Source: the human T2T-CHM13v2.0 reference genome, Homo sapiens. From it: a DNA stretch of 64,000 nt. Made by a program: the position numbers and the translations under genes. The DNA is taken from NCBI RefSeq assembly GCF_009914755.1, contig NC_060929.1. One strand, written 5' to 3'. Positions 53,621-64,000 of the stretch are shown here, in pieces. Within the stretch, counting starts at the first letter, position 1; each line of letters begins with the position of its first letter. The notes beneath the pieces were generated by a model that was not told the DNA's origin, searched no databases, and was given only the letters and a program-made list of their open reading frames with translations.

Positions 53621-54625
53621 GGTCTTTTCCTCTTGGAAGCCCCCTCTCTCTCACTAGAGAGAGAGCTGATTTCCTTTCTTTATCTTTCTCTCTTTTGCCT
53701 GTTAAACCTCCACTCCTAAATTCCTCATGTGTGTCCGTGTCCAAAATTTTCCTGGCACGAGATGATGAACCTCAGGTATTTACCCCAGACAACGTAGCTG
53801 CTTCATACTGGGGACCTCGTCCCAGATATCAAGGTACAGCATTCATCAAAACGCAACATCTGGTGGAGGCAAACCAGTGTTACAACCCATCGGAATGGCT
53901 AACAGCAATCAAACTCCAAATGGTGCTGCAGACAGAACCACACATGGACGTGCCTTTCTTCCGAGGACTCTTAGATCGGCCCCAGGAGGAGCCCTACCTG
54001 CTGTTCCCCACACAACACCTCTTTTCAGCAGGAAGTAGCCAGAAAGAGTCCTCGTCCAACAGCCCCTAATAGTAGTTAGGGTTACCACTCCAGAGCGGGG
54101 AATGATACAGGTGTTAAGAAGAAATTACTTAGGTGGATACTGAGGGTACAGAAGTCCTTGGTAAGGTTTTCCATTTAATGAAAAGCAGCCCCAAATTATT
54201 TTCTTTCTAACAAAGAGCAGCCTGTAAAATTCAGTTGCAGACATAGATGTTAGCAGTTATGAAATCATGTTCAAGATGGGAGCTTCATCTTCCCTTCGCT
54301 TTGTCAACCATATGTACAGTAAGGAGCAGACAAGATGGCACCAGCCAAGGGGAAAGTTCATTTGCATAATAACATTAGGGTGGGGTAGCCAGCCTTCCCC
54401 TAAAGCTATGTAAACATCATACCTGATTGAACCAATCTGTAATCCCTATGTAAATCAGACGCCGCCGCCTCAAGCCTGAGTAAAATCCAGCACATCTGCC
54501 ACCAACTGGTCTGGGAGTCCCCTCTCTCACGAGAGAGAGCTGTTTTACTTTCTCTTTCTTTCTTTTTTTTTTCTTTTTTTCCTATTAAACCTTTGCTCCT
54601 ACACTCCTTAAAAAAAAAAAAAAGA
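53621..54625 (+). mobile_element. Processed (retroposed) ERV RNA copy, LTR9/HUERS-P3-like: R-U5, PBS-Pro, short internal segment, PPT, U3-R, poly(A)
   Basis: R-like repeats start at 53621 and 54508; U5 ends CA at 53805; PBS-like TGGGGACCTCGTCCCAGAT 53809-53827; PPT 54092-54102; LTR start TGATACAGG at 54103; ATTAAA 54584-54589; A-run 54610-54623; TSD-like aagaacttg/aagaaattg. Confidence 0.8.
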
Positions 54626-55064
54626 AAGAAATTGAATTTGTAGTTTCAAAAATCTTTCAACAAAGAAAACTTAAGGTCTAGATGGTGGCCTTACTAGTAA
54701 ATTATAGCAAACATTTAAGGAGGAAATAATACCAATTATACACACAGTCTTTCAGAAAATGGGAGGAAGCACTTACCAGCTCGTTTTATGAAGCCAGCAT
54801 TATACTAATATCAAAACCAAATAAAGACATGAGAAGCATAGAAAGTTACAGCCCCAGTATCCATCATGAACATAGATGTAAAAATATTCTATAAAACTTA
54901 AGCAAGTTTAAGTCAAGAGATACATAAAAAGAATAATACATCATGAACAAATGGGGTTCACTTGAAAATCAGTGCAGTCCACTATATTAGTAGACTAAAA
55001 AATAACCACATGATCTCAAGATATAGCAGAAAAATCATTTGTCTAAATTATCAAAAACCTAGGC

Positions 55065-55280
55065 TATGCATTCTCATCAGGTGAAAATTGGCTCTTGCTT
55101 GGGAGGGAGAATCTAAAATGTTAACAATTTTTTGTGCCCTTTCAGGGGGCCATAATACATAAACAGATATACAGTATATCTGGTATTAAAATTTCTTGGG
55201 TGGAGAGCACAATGACCACAAAACAAAGTCTGAAAAGGCTCTTTGGAGAATGATAATGAAATAATGTTTGAAAAACACAA
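55065..55280. mobile_element. Probable hAT-type DNA transposon remnant inside the L1M
   Basis: Non-L1 segment with ttctca.../...tttgaaaaacac Charlie-like ends; family not determined. Confidence 0.4.
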
Positions 55281-56039
55281 CTATGTATAAGTAGAATATC
55301 ATATAATATGAAAGATTGACTTCTTCCTCTTAGGTTCAGGAACAAAGCAAGGATGTCAGCTTTTGTAACTTCTATTCAGTATTTTACTGGAGTTAGTGGT
55401 CAGTATGAAGAAATAAAAGGGAAAAAGGGGAAAAGGAAAACAAAAGAAGAGACATACAGATTGGAAAGAAGTAAAATGATTTTTATTCTCAGACAACATG
55501 ATCATCTATGTAGAAATCCAGAGATCTACAAAAAAGCTAATATTATAATGAGTTTTTTCAATATTACATGATACAAAGTCAACATACAAAGATCAATTAT
55601 TTTTCTGTATGATAGCAATGAACAATTAGAAATTGAAATGTAATGGGAGGTTGAAGCAGGAGAATTCCTTGAACCTGGGAGGCAGAAGCTTCAGTGAGCC
55701 GAGCATCATAAAATCATGAAGTGCTTAGGGACAAATTTAGCCAATACCTACAAGACACATACACTGAAGACTACAACATATTACTGAGAGAAATTAAAGA
55801 ATACCTAAATAAATGAAGAGATATACCATATTTGTGGATCCAAAGATTGAATATGGGCTGCGTGTGGTGGCTCATGTCTGTAATCCTAGCACTTTGGGAA
55901 ACTGAAGTGGGAGAATCACTTGAGGCCAGGAGTTTGAGACCAGCCTGGGCAACACAGCAAGATCCCATCTCTACAAAAAAATTGTTAAAAGATAAAGAAA
56001 AAATAACAATAATGAAAAATAGGCCGAGCGCCGTGGCTA

Positions 56040-56410
<371 letters not shown>

Positions 56411-56728
56411 TCAGTAGGCCATTTTGTAGAAATTGACAAGGCGGTTCTGAAATGTATGTGAAATACAGTGGATCTAGAATACCCAAAACAATTTTGAAAT
56501 AGAGTCAAGTTGAAGGACTTGTACTACATTTCAAGAATTAATATTAAAGCTACAGTAATTAAGACACTGTGGTAAGGGAACAGAAAACAATCTAGAAGTA
56601 AACCCACACATACATAATCAATTACGACAAAGGTGCCAAGGTAGTTCAGTGGGGGAAAGGATAACCCTTTCAACAAATGGTACTGGAACAATTGTATATC
56701 CATATTCCAAAAAAAAAAGAGGAACCTC

Positions 56729-57732
56729 TGGAGGGACCAGCCCCACAGGGTCAGTGGGTCTCTCCCCGTGTGCGGCGACAAGAGAGTGTAGAAATAAAGA
56801 CACAAGACAGAGATAGAAGAAAAGACAGCTGGGCCCGGGGGACCACTACCACCAATGCACGGAGACCAGTAGTGGCCCCGAATGTCTGGCTGTGCTGTTA
56901 TTTATTGGATACAAAGCAAAAGGGGCAGGGTAAAGAGTGTGAGTCATCTCCAATGATAGGTAAGGTCACGTGGGTCACATGTCCACTGGACAGGGGGCCC
57001 TTCCCTGCCTGGCAGCCGAGGCAGAGAGAGAGAGGAGACAAAGAGAAAGACAGCTTACGCCATTATTTCTGCATATCAGAGACTTTTAGTACTTTCACTA
57101 ATTTTCTACTGCTATCTAGAAGGCAGAGCCAGGTGTACAGGATGGAACATGAAGGCGGACTAGGAGTGTGACCACTGAAGCACAGCATCACAGGGAGACG
57201 GTTAGGCCTCCGGATAACTGCGGGCAAGCCTGACTGATGTCAGGCCCTCCACAAGAGGTGGAGGAGCAGAGTCTTCTCTAAACTCCCCCAGGGAAAAGGA
57301 GACTCCCTTTCCTGGTCTGCTAAGTAGCGGGTGTTGTTCCTTGACACTTTTCGCTACTGCTAGACCACGGTCCACCTGGCAACGGGCGTCTTCCCAAATG
57401 CTGGCGTCACCGCTAGACCAAGGAGCCCTCTGGTGGCCCTGTCCGGGCATAACAGAAGGCTCACACTCTTGTCTTCTAGTCATACCTCACTATGTCCCCT
57501 CAGCTCCTATCTCTGTATGGCCTGGTTTTTCCTAGGTTATGATTATAGAGCGAGGATTATTATAATATTGGGATAAAGAATAATTACTACCAACTAATGA
57601 TTAATGATATTCATATATAATCATATCTAAGATCTATATCTGGTATAACTATTCTTGTTTTATATTTATTATACTGGAACAGCTCGTGTCCTTGGTCTCT
57701 TGCCTCGGCGCCTGGGTGGCTTGCCGCCCACA
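56729..57732 (-). mobile_element. Full-length solo LTR13 (ERVK, HML-4 group), 1004 bp, perfect 6-bp TSD AACCTC
   Basis: Reverse strand begins TGTGGGCGGCAAGCCACCCAGGCGCCGAGGCAAGAG and ends ...GGTCCCTCCA; AACCTC at 56723-56728 and 57733-57738. Confidence 0.9.
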
Positions 57733-57869
57733 AACCTCTGTCTTTACCTCCCACCATATACAAAATACTAACTCTAAGTGGACCATAGGCCTAAACATAA
57801 AAGCTAAAACTAAAACTTCTAGAAAGAAATAAAATATTTGTATCCTTGCACTAAAGAAATATTTCTTAG

Positions 57870-63340
<5,471 letters not shown>

Positions 63341-63427
63341 TATTTATACTCTTGAACACTAGAGAATCTACCCCTAGAGTTTCTCCTGGAGGATACTGTG
63401 TTAATGTTTACTAGAAGAGGGAAAGGG

Positions 63428-63849
<422 letters not shown>

Positions 63850-64000
63850 TAACTAAGTGAAGCCTAAATTTTTTTGTACCAGGAAATGCCCCCTTTTCAA
63901 CTCTGTTATGCCAGGCTACTGTAGGATTCCTGAGGAATCAGGAGATGGAGAAGCCTTTCTAGAGAGAGCTTAAATAACTTTACTCAAAGGATTTTAATTA

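Noticed and set aside
53536-54069. 177-aa ORF
   Set aside because: It runs from L1 ORF2 debris across LTR R-U5 and PBS into an env-like tail; a chance chimeric frame with no coherent domain
56677-57171. 164-aa ORF
   Set aside because: It lies on the antisense strand of the solo LTR13 and shows no coding signature

Overview
Human (primate) genomic DNA, very rich in Alu, covering most of intron 1 and 12 coding exons (numbered 2-13 from memory) of KDM3B/JMJD1B, an H3K9 demethylase, on the + strand. The exons splice with canonical AG/GT ends into one uninterrupted 3243-nt frame (1081 codons, about residues 65-1145: N-terminal domain, basic NLS-like stretch, Ser-rich low-complexity region, Cys/His zinc-finger region). 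Exon 1 and the JmjC exons lie outside the window. Nearly all other ORFs in the track are Alu, L1 or LTR artefacts. The most unusual structures are: (1) a ~1-kb endogenous-retrovirus RNA copy in intron 11 (R-U5-PBS(Pro)-short internal-PPT-U3-R-polyA with a TSD), which looks like an L1-retroposed processed ERV transcript; (2) a near-identical copy of the 3' end of exon 5 with its splice donor, inserted into intron 4 between 10-bp direct repeats; (3) a second, inverted, locally templated insertion in intron 11; (4) candidate poison exons, a microexon and a recursive splice site; (5) an intact antisense solo LTR13 with a perfect TSD. Repeat family names come from recalled consensus sequences, not from a database search.
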